Source: a virus. Taken from it: 64,000 bases of DNA. The position numbers and the translations under genes are program-made. Positions 29,906 to 39,653 of this stretch are shown here, in pieces. The notes beneath the pieces were generated by a model that saw only the letters and a list, made by a program, of their open reading frames with translations, did no database searches and was not told where the DNA came from. The DNA is taken from positions 9,064-73,063 of IMG/VR virus record IMGVR_UViG_3300013108_000622; one strand, written 5' to 3'. How positions within the stretch are numbered: the first letter of the stretch is position 1; each line of letters begins with the position of its first letter.

Positions 29906-29953
29906 TTGGAAAAACAGGAAAATTACTGTTTTTACCTTAAGGAGAAATAAATT

Positions 29954-30685
29954 ATGGCATTAGATTTAGCAAAAATGAAGGCCAAACTTCAAGAATCAGA
30001 AAGCGGTGGCAAATCAAAATCTGATAATGTGTGGTGGAAGCCCCAAGAAGGAGATCAAGAAATTCGTATCGTACCCACCGAAGATGGCGATCCGTTTAAA
30101 GTGTTTCACTTTCATTACAACCTTGGCGATGGCGCTCGTGGTGGTGTTTTGTGTCCCAAGCGTCAATTTGGTGAAGAATGTCCCATTTGTGATTTCGCTT
30201 CGAAGTTGTGGCAAGAGGGAACTGATGATAGCAAGAGAATGGCTAAATCATTGTTTGTCCGACAACGATTCTTTTCTCCTGTGGTTGTCCGAGGAGAGGA
30301 AGAAAAGGGAACCCGAGTTTGGGGATATGGTAAAACAATTTACGAAACCCTACTTGGGCTAGTTTTAAACCCAGACTATGGTGATATCACCGATATTGAT
30401 AGTGGTGTTGATTTCACACTGACATATACTTTGCCGAAAACAAAAGGTGCTTTCCCACAAACAAATCTTACTCCAAAGCGTAAGTCTTCTAGCCTAGCTA
30501 AGACCAAAGCAGCAATTAAAGAAATTGTGGACGCAGTACCAGACATTGATACCCTTTTTCAACGGAAGTCACCCTCCGATGTCAAGGCGATTTTAGAATC
30601 ATTCTTGAGCCCAGTCGATGGCCCACTGGTGGAAACATCCTCTGTAAGTAGTGTTGAAGACGCTATTAAAGAATTGACAGCGTAG
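29954..30685 (+). CDS. single-stranded DNA-binding protein (gp32-like)
   Basis: WWKP..G...IRIVP, HY..C...CPIC zinc site, DITD...G.DF. Confidence 0.8.
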   Translation: MALDLAKMKAKLQESESGGKSKSDNVWWKPQEGDQEIRIVPTEDGDPFKVFHFHYNLGDGARGGVLCPKRQFGEECPICDFASKLWQEGTDDSKRMAKSLFVRQRFFSPVVVRGEEEKGTRVWGYGKTIYETLLGLVLNPDYGDITDIDSGVDFTLTYTLPKTKGAFPQTNLTPKRKSSSLAKTKAAIKEIVDAVPDIDTLFQRKSPSDVKAILESFLSPVDGPLVETSSVSSVEDAIKELTA

Positions 30686-30709
30686 TAACTAAAAACATTA
30701 AGGTTTTTG

Positions 30710-30754
30710 GAAGCTACCGCCGTTGAGTATAACCTCGGTGGTAGCTTCTTTTTT
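30710..30754 (+). terminator. intrinsic terminator between ssb and recA
   Basis: 13 bp stem GAAGCTACCGCCG/CGGTGGTAGCTTC followed by T6. Confidence 0.75.
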
Positions 30755-30767
30755 ATTGGGAATTCTT

Positions 30768-31883
30768 ATGAGCAATGGAAAATTATCATCTTCAGATATC
30801 TTAAAAATGATTAACAAAAAAGCTGGAAGAACGGTCGCCTTTGCAGGCGATCAAGAGAATCCAGCAGACATTAAAGATTGGATCCCCACCGGTTCCCGTT
30901 GGCTCGATTCAATTATTTGTCGCGGACAACTGGCAGGTATTCCAGTCGGTCGATGCACAGAAATCGCAGGTCTTGAAAGCTCAGGCAAATCTTATATGGC
31001 TGGACAAGTCGCACGTGAAGGTCAAAAGAAAGGTATTAAAGTATTATATTTTGATTCAGAGGCTACAATGACCAGTGAGTTTTTAGAAAAACTTGGTTGT
31101 GATATGGAAGGTGATAATCAAATCGTTATCATCCAACCAGAAGACATTGAAATGGTTCTTGAGACTATGGAAATGTGTATGGCCAACGATCCAGATAATC
31201 GTTATTTATTTATTCTAGATTCTCTTGCGATGACACCATGTCGAGCAGACTTGGAAAAAGATTTCAACCCGCAATCCTCAATGGCACAGATGCCTCGTGT
31301 ATTGTCTGTTGGAATGAAGAAGCTGACAGTATCCTTGTCCAAGAGCCAATCTACATTCCTTGTTCTTAATCAATTAAAAACAAATATTAATGTTAGTAAT
31401 CCGATGATGATGCTATCCCAACCTTGGTTTACTCCTGGTGGAAAAGCAATCATCTATGCGTATTCATTGCGACTATGGTTGACTGGTCTGAAAGGAAAGA
31501 AAACGTTTATTGAAGATGAGAATGGTTATCGCATAGGCTCAGAGGTCAAAGCCAAACTAGAGAAGTCAAAGTTTGGAACCCAAGGTCGTATTTGCAACTT
31601 TAAGATCTTGTGGGGAGGCGAAGAAGTTGGAATTATGAATGACGAATCCCTCTTGACAGCAATCAAACCATCTGATAGAATTAAAAATGCAGGAGCGTGG
31701 TTTACATTGGAAGGGTATGAAAAGAAATTCCAAGCTGCCACATTTCCTAAACTTATGAAAAGTGATCCAAAGTTTTCAAAGATCGTTTATGATATTATGG
31801 ACGAAGAAGTCATTCGTAAGTTTGAAAACAAAACTGGAAAGGCGCAAGATTTTTACGATCTGGAAGACACGGAAGCACAATAA
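30768..31883 (+). CDS. recA: RecA/UvsX recombinase
   Basis: IPTGS..LD, EIAGLESSGKS, ILDSLA, NQLK, TPGGKA. Confidence 0.9.
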   Translation: MSNGKLSSSDILKMINKKAGRTVAFAGDQENPADIKDWIPTGSRWLDSIICRGQLAGIPVGRCTEIAGLESSGKSYMAGQVAREGQKKGIKVLYFDSEATMTSEFLEKLGCDMEGDNQIVIIQPEDIEMVLETMEMCMANDPDNRYLFILDSLAMTPCRADLEKDFNPQSSMAQMPRVLSVGMKKLTVSLSKSQSTFLVLNQLKTNINVSNPMMMLSQPWFTPGGKAIIYAYSLRLWLTGLKGKKTFIEDENGYRIGSEVKAKLEKSKFGTQGRICNFKILWGGEEVGIMNDESLLTAIKPSDRIKNAGAWFTLEGYEKKFQAATFPKLMKSDPKFSKIVYDIMDEEVIRKFENKTGKAQDFYDLEDTEAQ

Positions 31884-32687
31884 ATGGAAAATGTTATCTT
31901 ATTGGATATGGATGGTACAATCACACCACCACGAAAACCAATCGAATCAGAGATGGTAGATGCCCTGTTCCAATTGTCCAAAGTGTCTAAAATTGGGATT
32001 GTTACTGGTAGTGGACTTGATTATGTATTGCAACAATGTTCGGATTTATTAAAACCTGCTTACAATATGAAAAACTTTTTCCTGCTACCTTGTAATGGGA
32101 CTCAAAAATATGAATGGTCGGAAAGCGATTGGGAAAACGGGTATTGGACTAAGACATATGATATGGATATGAGAGAGTTTATCGGTGAAGACAAGTTTAA
32201 TAAGACGATGGGTTTTTTAACCGAACAGCTATACATCACTCACCTGACAAATTCGTCCATTCCAAAATCTGGCCACTTTATTTCATATAGGGGGTCTTTG
32301 ATTAATTGGTGCCCGATTGGGCGTCAAGCAATCGAAAGGGATAGGAAGGTGTTTATGGAGTACGATAAGGAAAACAAATTACGTAGGAAGAAAATGGCAA
32401 AGTTTAAGGAAAGCTTTATGTGTGATTTTCTTTCTTTCTCCATGGGCGGCAATACCTCGATTGATATATATCCGGTCGGTTGGGATAAGACACAGGCTTT
32501 AAAACATTTTACAAATCATGATTTTTGGTTTATTGGAGATAGATGCACGACTCCCACTGGTAACGATAAACCTCTTTATGATAAAATCAGAACTGAAAAA
32601 CCCGCTCAAGCCTTTGAAGTAAAATCAACAGCGGATACTCTAAAGATCGTTAAAAAAATCACAAAAAAGCTGAACAACCAGGAGTAA
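31884..32687 (+). CDS. HAD-IIB phosphomannomutase-like protein
   Basis: DMDGTITPPR, INWCPIGR, GGNTSIDIYPVGWDKT, FIGDR...GND. Confidence 0.85.
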   Translation: MENVILLDMDGTITPPRKPIESEMVDALFQLSKVSKIGIVTGSGLDYVLQQCSDLLKPAYNMKNFFLLPCNGTQKYEWSESDWENGYWTKTYDMDMREFIGEDKFNKTMGFLTEQLYITHLTNSSIPKSGHFISYRGSLINWCPIGRQAIERDRKVFMEYDKENKLRRKKMAKFKESFMCDFLSFSMGGNTSIDIYPVGWDKTQALKHFTNHDFWFIGDRCTTPTGNDKPLYDKIRTEKPAQAFEVKSTADTLKIVKKITKKLNNQE

Positions 32688-32689
32688 CA

Positions 32690-33655
32690 ATGAGTAACAA
32701 GATTTTAATTATCGATGCAATGAACACTTTCATTCGCAACTATGTGATGAATCCAAGCCTTGCGGCAGACGGTTCACCCATCGGCGGAACGAAAGGGTTT
32801 TTAATGTCCCTGCAAAAGATGATAAGAGAAATTCAACCAGATAACGTGATTGTTGTTTGGGATGGTGGCGGAGGAAGCGCCAAGAGAAGAACCATTGTTA
32901 AGGAGTATAAAGAAGGTCGTAAACCCCTTAAGTTAAATCGTGCATATAAAGGGATGTCATCGCTTGAAGAATCACAAAATCGATATGATCAAATGCGTAA
33001 AACCATCGAATATCTTAATGCTATGCCGGTGGCACAGTTAATGATTGAAGACATCGAAGCTGATGATGTGATTGCGTATATCTGTCAAATGCCTTCCATA
33101 AGAAACGATGTAAAAATTATTGTTTCTATGGATAAAGACTTTTACCAACTGTGTGATGATAAGACAATGATTTATAGTCCAGTAAAAAATGAGTTTTTGA
33201 ACAAAAAAAGGATATTAGAAAAATTTTCAATTCATCCCAACAATTTTGCGATTGCTCGTGCAATTGATGGTGATAAATCCGACAACCTTGATGGCATAAA
33301 AGGTGCTGGTTTAAAGACGATTGCCAATAAATTTAGTTTTTTAGCAGAAGAAAAATCATATACACTGGATGAATTATTTAAACATTGTAGGCTTGATGAT
33401 TCAGGACTAAAATTGTATAAAAATATTTTAGCAGAAAAAAATAAAGTTAAGATAAATTATAAATTAATGCAACTCTATTCACCCTATATTTCAACCAAAA
33501 GCTCGCAACATATTAAAGATACTGTTGAAAATTTTAATCCAAAATTTAACTTAACAAATGTTATGAAGATGATGTCTCAAGATGGGATTCACCAATATAA
33601 TTGGAATAATCTTTTTCAAAAATTTAGATTGATTGTTGATCAAGGTAGGCACTAG
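32690..33655 (+). CDS. 5'-3' exonuclease/flap nuclease (Pol I N-terminal/RNase H-like)
   Basis: IIDAMN, WDG, YKEGR, EADDVIA, SMDKDFYQL, GDKSDNLDGIKG.G. Confidence 0.9.
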   Translation: MSNKILIIDAMNTFIRNYVMNPSLAADGSPIGGTKGFLMSLQKMIREIQPDNVIVVWDGGGGSAKRRTIVKEYKEGRKPLKLNRAYKGMSSLEESQNRYDQMRKTIEYLNAMPVAQLMIEDIEADDVIAYICQMPSIRNDVKIIVSMDKDFYQLCDDKTMIYSPVKNEFLNKKRILEKFSIHPNNFAIARAIDGDKSDNLDGIKGAGLKTIANKFSFLAEEKSYTLDELFKHCRLDDSGLKLYKNILAEKNKVKINYKLMQLYSPYISTKSSQHIKDTVENFNPKFNLTNVMKMMSQDGIHQYNWNNLFQKFRLIVDQGRH

Positions 33656-33677
33656 TTATTCTACCGTCAACAAGTTC

Positions 33678-33706
33678 TTGACTTTTCGCGTAAAACATCG
33701 TATGAT
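33678..33706 (+). promoter_or_regulatory. sigma70-type promoter
   Basis: TTGACT-N17-TATGAT. Confidence 0.65.
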
Positions 33707-33731
33707 GTTTTTAAACAAACATGAGGTTCCA

Positions 33732-35108
33732 ATGTCTGTAAATAATAAGATTTCTTTTTCAAAATACGGCAAAACTTTTCAAGAAAAATTGGCTTTTATC
33801 ATCTTAGACGATAGAGTTTTTGCAGATAGAATGATGGAGGTTTTAAACATTGAGTTTCTTGAATACAAATACTTGCAAACATTCGTAGAAAAAGTTTTTT
33901 ATTATAAAACAAAATATGGTTCTCAACCCTCTCATGATACAATGAAATCTATTGTTAAATCGGGAATAGTTGAGGAAAATGAGGTATTGCAGGAACAAAT
34001 TGTTAAGTTTTATGCAAAATCTCTATCTGATATAAATATCCTTGAGTCAAGTGAGTACATTAAGGATACTGCTCTTGATTTTTGTCGAAAACAGAAACTT
34101 AGAGAAGCGATGATGAAGTCATCTACACTGCTCCAAAAATGCTCATTTGATGAGATTTCTGTATTGATTAATGATGCACTGAAGGCTGGCGCAGATGCTG
34201 ACTTTGGTTATGATTATATGAAAGATTTCGATAAAAGATTTGAATTCTCTGGTCGCGAAACCATCACCACTGGGTGGCAAAAGATGGATGAACTTACAGG
34301 TGGTGGTGGAGGCCGAAAAGAGTTGGGGGTCGTGATTGCGCCTACGGGTGTAGGAAAGTCTATGGTTCTAGTCCATCTCGGCGCAACAGCAGTAAAAGCT
34401 GGAATGACTGTTGTCCACTATACACTTGAATTGCGTGATACTGTAATTGCTAATCGTTACGACTCTTGTATAACCGGTATACCATTAGATGAGTTGATGG
34501 ATAGGAAAGATGAAATCCGTGAATATCTTAAGGATGTCGATGGCAACCTTATTGTAAAAGAATACCCCACAAAAACTGCAACGACCAACACTATCCGGGC
34601 ACACATAGAAAAATTAAAACAACAAGGAATAATCCCAGATATGATTATCGTTGATTATGCAGACTTGTTAAAAACAATATCTACCCGCAGAGAAAAAAGA
34701 GAAGAATTGGAAACAATTTACGAAGACCTGCGGGCAATTATGATGGAAAATAATGTGGCAGGCTGGACAGCATCACAAACAAACCGAACAGGATTACAAG
34801 CTGAAATCATAACAATGCAGTCAATTTCAGAAGCATTTAACAAATGTTTCGTTGCAGACTTAATATTTTCAGTATCCCGAACAGCCGAAGACAAGCAAAC
34901 CAATGGAGGCAGAGTATATATTGCAAAAAATAGAAACGGCCCAGATGGTTTGGTACACTCCATCTTCATGGACACGGCAAATATTGATATAAAAATTCTA
35001 GAAAGATACACCTCAGAAAGTGGTATATCCCCCTCCTTATCGCAAGGAGAAAAACAACAACAAATGTTAAGCAAATATAAAAAACTAATGAAAGGAGCAA
35101 TTATGTAA
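33732..35108 (+). CDS. replicative DnaB-like helicase (gp41-like)
   Basis: APTGVGKS, TLEL, IVDYADL, TASQTNR, KNRNG. Confidence 0.9.
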   Translation: MSVNNKISFSKYGKTFQEKLAFIILDDRVFADRMMEVLNIEFLEYKYLQTFVEKVFYYKTKYGSQPSHDTMKSIVKSGIVEENEVLQEQIVKFYAKSLSDINILESSEYIKDTALDFCRKQKLREAMMKSSTLLQKCSFDEISVLINDALKAGADADFGYDYMKDFDKRFEFSGRETITTGWQKMDELTGGGGGRKELGVVIAPTGVGKSMVLVHLGATAVKAGMTVVHYTLELRDTVIANRYDSCITGIPLDELMDRKDEIREYLKDVDGNLIVKEYPTKTATTNTIRAHIEKLKQQGIIPDMIIVDYADLLKTISTRREKREELETIYEDLRAIMMENNVAGWTASQTNRTGLQAEIITMQSISEAFNKCFVADLIFSVSRTAEDKQTNGGRVYIAKNRNGPDGLVHSIFMDTANIDIKILERYTSESGISPSLSQGEKQQQMLSKYKKLMKGAIM

Positions 35109-36970
35109 TGGAGAAATCAAGTAAAATTTTATCAGATATTACTGTATTTATGAAATATGCTAAATACAGAAAAGACCTGGGTAGGCGGGAGACCTGGGAG
35201 GAACTTGTTACTAGGAACAAGGAGATGCATGTTAAGAAATTTCCTTATATGCAGGGAGAAATTGAAGCAGCATATGAATTTGTATATGATAAAAAGATTT
35301 TACCATCGATGCGTTCCTTGCAGTTCGGAGGCAAGCCAATTGAAATCAGCCCAAATAGGATTTATAATTGCGGGTTCCTTCCTGTTGATGATTATAGAGC
35401 TTTTAATGAAATACTGTTTCTTTTATTAGGTGGAACCGGCATAGGCTTCTCTGTTCAGAAGCATCATGTCGAAAAACTACCAGAAATTAGACAACCCAGA
35501 CAAGATCGTAAACGTAGGTTTCTTGTAGGGGACTCTATTGAAGGTTGGGCAGATGCAGTTAAAGTGCTGATGCGATCTTATTTTGAAGGCACATCAACGA
35601 TTGATTTTGATTTTTCAGATATTCGCCCAAAGGGTGCTAAGCTTGTGACCTCTGGTGGCAAAGCCCCAGGCCCAGAACCTTTAAAAACTTGCGTAAGGCA
35701 AATTAAATCAATTTTAAATGAAAAGGTGGAGGGTTCCCAACTTGAACCAATTGAGGTCCATGATATTGTTTGTCATATTGCTGATGCCGTTCTCGCTGGT
35801 GGGATTCGCCGTGCTGCACTTATTTCACTATTTTCGGCAGATGATCAAGAAATGATCTCATCAAAATCGGGAAATTGGTGGGAAAAAAACCCCCAAAGAG
35901 CCCGTGCAAACAACAGTGCAGTTTTGGTCCGACATCGTGTTAAGAAAAAGTTTTTTGATGAAGTATGGAATCGCATTGAACATTCGAATTCTGGGGAGCC
36001 AGGTATTTATTTTACCAATGATAAGGATTGGGGAACAAATCCTTGTTGTGAGATCGGCTTAAAGCCATTTCAATTTTGTAATCTATGTGAAGTGAATGTT
36101 TCCAACATCACGAGCCAAGAAGACTTAAATGATCGTGCCCGAGCCGCCGCCTTTATTGGAACCCTACAAGCTTCCTACACTAATTTTCATTATTTAAGAC
36201 CTATTTGGGAGCGAACGACGCAGAAAGAAGCCTTGTTGGGCATTGGACTAACAGGTGTCGGTTCTGGAAAGGCACAACATATGGATATGGAGCAAGCATC
36301 AGAAATAACGAAAAAAGAAAATAAGAGAGTGGCAGAGTTATTGAATATAAATCCAGCAAACAGGGTTACAACAATTAAGCCCAGCGGCACTTCATCACTT
36401 GTATTGGGGTGCTCAAGTGGCATCCATGCTTGGCATAATGATTATTATATTCGAAGAATTCGAGTTGGGAAAAATGAAGATATCTATCATTATTTATCCA
36501 TCAATCACCCAGAATTAATAGAGGATGAATTTTTCCGCCCCCATGATACTGCTGTAATCTCCATTCCACAGAAAGCACCAAAAGATGCAATATTACGCAC
36601 TGAATCTGCGTTGGGATTGCTGAATCGAGTAAAGTGGTTTTCTCAAAATTGGATACAACCAGGCCACAACAAGGGTAATAATACACATAACATTTCCGCC
36701 ACGGTATCCTTAAAGGAAGAAGAGTGGGCACCTGTTGGTGAGTGGATGTGGCAAAATAGAGATTTTTATAACGGGTTGTCTGTACTTCCATACAATGGTG
36801 GAACATATAAACAAGCCCCATTTGAAGACTGTGATGAGCTAACTTACAAAAGGATGATGGAGAGTTTATCTGATGTCGATTTAACTAAAATTGTAGAATT
36901 AGATGATAATACTAATTTGAGTGGAGAAATCGCTTGCGCCGCTGGTGCTTGTGAGGTAAAATATATTTAA
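35108..36970 (+). CDS. nrdJ: class II (B12-dependent) ribonucleotide reductase
   Basis: RETWEE, NC, GGIRRAALI, TNPCCEI, TTIKPSGT, C-terminal ACAAGACE. Confidence 0.9.
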   Translation: MEKSSKILSDITVFMKYAKYRKDLGRRETWEELVTRNKEMHVKKFPYMQGEIEAAYEFVYDKKILPSMRSLQFGGKPIEISPNRIYNCGFLPVDDYRAFNEILFLLLGGTGIGFSVQKHHVEKLPEIRQPRQDRKRRFLVGDSIEGWADAVKVLMRSYFEGTSTIDFDFSDIRPKGAKLVTSGGKAPGPEPLKTCVRQIKSILNEKVEGSQLEPIEVHDIVCHIADAVLAGGIRRAALISLFSADDQEMISSKSGNWWEKNPQRARANNSAVLVRHRVKKKFFDEVWNRIEHSNSGEPGIYFTNDKDWGTNPCCEIGLKPFQFCNLCEVNVSNITSQEDLNDRARAAAFIGTLQASYTNFHYLRPIWERTTQKEALLGIGLTGVGSGKAQHMDMEQASEITKKENKRVAELLNINPANRVTTIKPSGTSSLVLGCSSGIHAWHNDYYIRRIRVGKNEDIYHYLSINHPELIEDEFFRPHDTAVISIPQKAPKDAILRTESALGLLNRVKWFSQNWIQPGHNKGNNTHNISATVSLKEEEWAPVGEWMWQNRDFYNGLSVLPYNGGTYKQAPFEDCDELTYKRMMESLSDVDLTKIVELDDNTNLSGEIACAAGACEVKYI

Positions 36971-36981
36971 AGGAGTGCTAA

Positions 36982-37242
36982 ATGGCAACTATATCAATAA
37001 CTGAAGAAAAGAAGAAGCATGTAATTAACTTAATTAAATCTTATAGAGCAATCGATGGAGCGATCCAACCTTACCAAGACCAGCGTAAAGAACTACGTAC
37101 CGAATATATCGAGAATCAATGGTTAAGTAATAGTGAGATTTCTTTAGTTAAGAAAGCATACAATGCTGTCAAAACCAAGGTGGATTTAGATGATCTCTCC
37201 TCGTTTGTAGATATTGTAAAGAGTGAGATACCAAATGTGTAA
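36982..37242 (+). CDS. small helical protein, possibly DNA-binding
   Basis: 86 aa with AAGGAG SD; weak resemblance to DsbA/GapR-type proteins. Confidence 0.45.
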   Translation: MATISITEEKKKHVINLIKSYRAIDGAIQPYQDQRKELRTEYIENQWLSNSEISLVKKAYNAVKTKVDLDDLSSFVDIVKSEIPNV

Positions 37243-37600
37243 ATTCAAACCATTTAATAAACACGTATTGGTCGAAAAAACCGCCGAGAAAAAATCTCCA
37301 GATTTGAGCCCTGTATTGATACCAGAAGGAGCCCAATTGGGAAATCAAGAAAGGTTCGGCCTGGTGCAATTTGTGTGTGCAGCTAGTGATTGTGAAGATT
37401 TTCTAAAACGACTAAACCCAGATAATCCTTCTTGGGCAACTCAGACAGGCACCATGGATGATGCTTACATTACATCAAGAAAAAAAGATGGTGTTGCTAA
37501 TCTGGTTGTTGATCAGACAATGGTGGAGGAGATAAAAATAGATAATAGTCTATTCCACTTGGTGCATCAAAGACATATTGTTGGGATAATTGACAAGTAG
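37235..37600 (+). CDS. GroES-like co-chaperonin with insertion
   Basis: FKPFNKHVLVE..VLIPE mobile loop; EEIKID...HLVHQRHIVGII. Confidence 0.6.
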   Translation: MCKFKPFNKHVLVEKTAEKKSPDLSPVLIPEGAQLGNQERFGLVQFVCAASDCEDFLKRLNPDNPSWATQTGTMDDAYITSRKKDGVANLVVDQTMVEEIKIDNSLFHLVHQRHIVGIIDK

Positions 37601-37607
37601 GTAAAAA

Positions 37608-38300
37608 ATGAATATAAAAGATTTAAAAGAAATGGTTCGAGAAGCCTTGACAGGGCTTCCAGTATTGTTGTCTAAACCAAAATTAATTGTAGAGGCAAAT
37701 TATGGACGTGTAAAGCGAAGAATAGAGGATGAAAAAATCCCGTTTGCCATGTTAACTGCCTCTCGTGGAGATTATAATCAAAAAGAAAATCAATTAAGGA
37801 ATAAAGAGCTTAAAATGTCTTTAGACACCGCTGGTTTTCCATATGTTTTAATGCCTGGGAGTGGATATAAAGAAGGAGGCTCTGACGGCGATGTCGTTAC
37901 AGAAGATTCAATACTGGTATGGAATGAGCCTCGTGGCGACAAATTCCCATCAAGTGGTGGGTTGTTTGATCTAGCTTCTCGTCTATCAGAGGAATTTGAG
38001 CAAGATTCATTTTTATATGGTGGACCACGAAAAGGCGATAATGAAAAGCCATACGCAATTCACTTATACACCAACACAGGTGAGATTATAGATGAAATTT
38101 GGGCCGGAGGAGAAGAAGGTTATAATGAGCTTTTTGTTGTAGATGATGCCGCTGAATATTGGTCTAAAATTGCTGGTAAAAAGACGCAATTTAAAGAAAT
38201 TTTAAATAAATGGAATAATTTTAATTCCAAATCTCGTCTTGATGCGATGAAAAAACAATATTACATAAATCTGGCAGAATCCAAACTTAAAAATGATTGA
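37608..38300 (+). CDS. hypothetical protein (DUF3293-like)
   Basis: FAMLTASR...ENQLRNKEL...EDS...FEQDSFL. Confidence 0.5.
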   Translation: MNIKDLKEMVREALTGLPVLLSKPKLIVEANYGRVKRRIEDEKIPFAMLTASRGDYNQKENQLRNKELKMSLDTAGFPYVLMPGSGYKEGGSDGDVVTEDSILVWNEPRGDKFPSSGGLFDLASRLSEEFEQDSFLYGGPRKGDNEKPYAIHLYTNTGEIIDEIWAGGEEGYNELFVVDDAAEYWSKIAGKKTQFKEILNKWNNFNSKSRLDAMKKQYYINLAESKLKND

Positions 38301-38994
38301 ACCAATTTTTCTTTATGATGATAAGGTAGGAAAGGTAGAGTATGTCGAGCACATGGGTAGTGACTTATCTGTTGTTAATTCTGCTCGTGTTTCTTTTGGT
38401 AAGCATAAACAACTATTAGAAGAAAATGATGCGAAATTGATTAATTATCTTATTAAACATCGCCACACCTCTACTTTAGAGCACTGTGTAGTGACTTTTA
38501 GGTTTAAGGTTCCTCTATACGTGAGATCCCAACACCATCGTCACCGCACCTGGAGTTATAACGAAATAAGCAGGAGATATACAGATTACAATATAGAATT
38601 TTACAACCCAGAGTTATATAGAACACAGCATGATTCTAACAGGCAAGCAAGCAACACAGATGAATTTGTTAGTGGTCCTATGTCACATCCAATTTTAGGC
38701 TGCGGTTGTAATGAATATATAAGAAGATTTAACAATCAAGCTCTAAAGGTGTATAATAGTTTATTGGATATTGGTGTCTGTCGAGAACAAGCACGAGGAA
38801 TTTTGCCTCAAAATATGTATACTGAATACTATGGAACAGCAAATTTAAACAATATTTTAAAGTTTGTAGATTTAAGAATACACGAGGGAGCACAAGGCGA
38901 GATACAAGAGGTTGCAAACGCAATTTTAAAAATAACAAAAAAATTGTATCCGATTACAGTAGGCGCATATGAGAAAAACAAAAAAGAACGTTGA
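38293..38994 (+). CDS. thyX: flavin-dependent thymidylate synthase
   Basis: SARVSF, HTSTLEH, RHRTWSYNEISRRY, EQARGILP. Confidence 0.93.
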   Translation: MIEPIFLYDDKVGKVEYVEHMGSDLSVVNSARVSFGKHKQLLEENDAKLINYLIKHRHTSTLEHCVVTFRFKVPLYVRSQHHRHRTWSYNEISRRYTDYNIEFYNPELYRTQHDSNRQASNTDEFVSGPMSHPILGCGCNEYIRRFNNQALKVYNSLLDIGVCREQARGILPQNMYTEYYGTANLNNILKFVDLRIHEGAQGEIQEVANAILKITKKLYPITVGAYEKNKKER

Positions 38995-39325
38995 ACATCG
39001 TCCGTGGGGAACTTACGAGGTTTTACAAGACAAAAAAAAATACAAGTTAAAAGAAATCATAGTTATGCCCGGTCAAAGACTGAGTTATCAATCCCACCAC
39101 CAAAGAACGGAAATTTGGGCGATAATTTCGGGGGAAGGTATTGTTACCTTAGAGGGTCAAGAGCTGGAATGCTATGCTGGACGGTCGTTTTTTATCCCAA
39201 AAGAACAAAGGCACCGCATCGAGTGCGTAGGAAAAGAACCTTTAATGTTTATTGAAGTGCAAACAGGTGATTATTTTGGCGAAGATGATATCGTAAGGCA
39301 CGAGGATGATTATGGAAGAAAATAA
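38969..39325 (+). CDS. mannose-6-phosphate isomerase type II cupin domain
   Basis: RPWGTY, PGQRLSYQSH..R.E.W, IEVQTGDYFGEDDIVR.EDDYGR. Confidence 0.88.
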   Translation: MRKTKKNVEHRPWGTYEVLQDKKKYKLKEIIVMPGQRLSYQSHHQRTEIWAIISGEGIVTLEGQELECYAGRSFFIPKEQRHRIECVGKEPLMFIEVQTGDYFGEDDIVRHEDDYGRK

Positions 39326-39611
39326 TTATTATGATTTTATGTTGGTGTGTAAAGACTTCGTTGATTCAAGTAAGAAACTGAACGAGGCCGCCGCACTTTG
39401 TGATAATGATCCAGTGAAACAAGAGATGGTAGCCTTTATCATCCCAGATTTTCAAAAAATGTTTGCTCGTTCAGAAGGTATAAAGGTTTTATTAGAACAG
39501 GAAAGGTATGATAAAAATCGCGGTTTTATACTTGAAGAAATGAAGGCTGTTACCAAGGAAAACCTTAAAATGGCACGAAGGATAACAGATAAGCTATCTG
39601 GATTGATTTGA
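39312..39611 (+). CDS. hypothetical protein
   Basis: ORF within the operon. Confidence 0.55.
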   Translation: MEENNYYDFMLVCKDFVDSSKKLNEAAALCDNDPVKQEMVAFIIPDFQKMFARSEGIKVLLEQERYDKNRGFILEEMKAVTKENLKMARRITDKLSGLI

Positions 39612-39653
39612 GCCTCTCTGATAAACTCATTATTGCATTAATAGTGTGGGTGA

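Noticed and set aside
30723-30767. Extended N-termini given by the track (recA, dnaB 33633, capsid 7233, hub 21801, 45600 minus, 51618)
   Set aside because: Extensions run through terminators, promoters or upstream genes; downstream ATGs fit better
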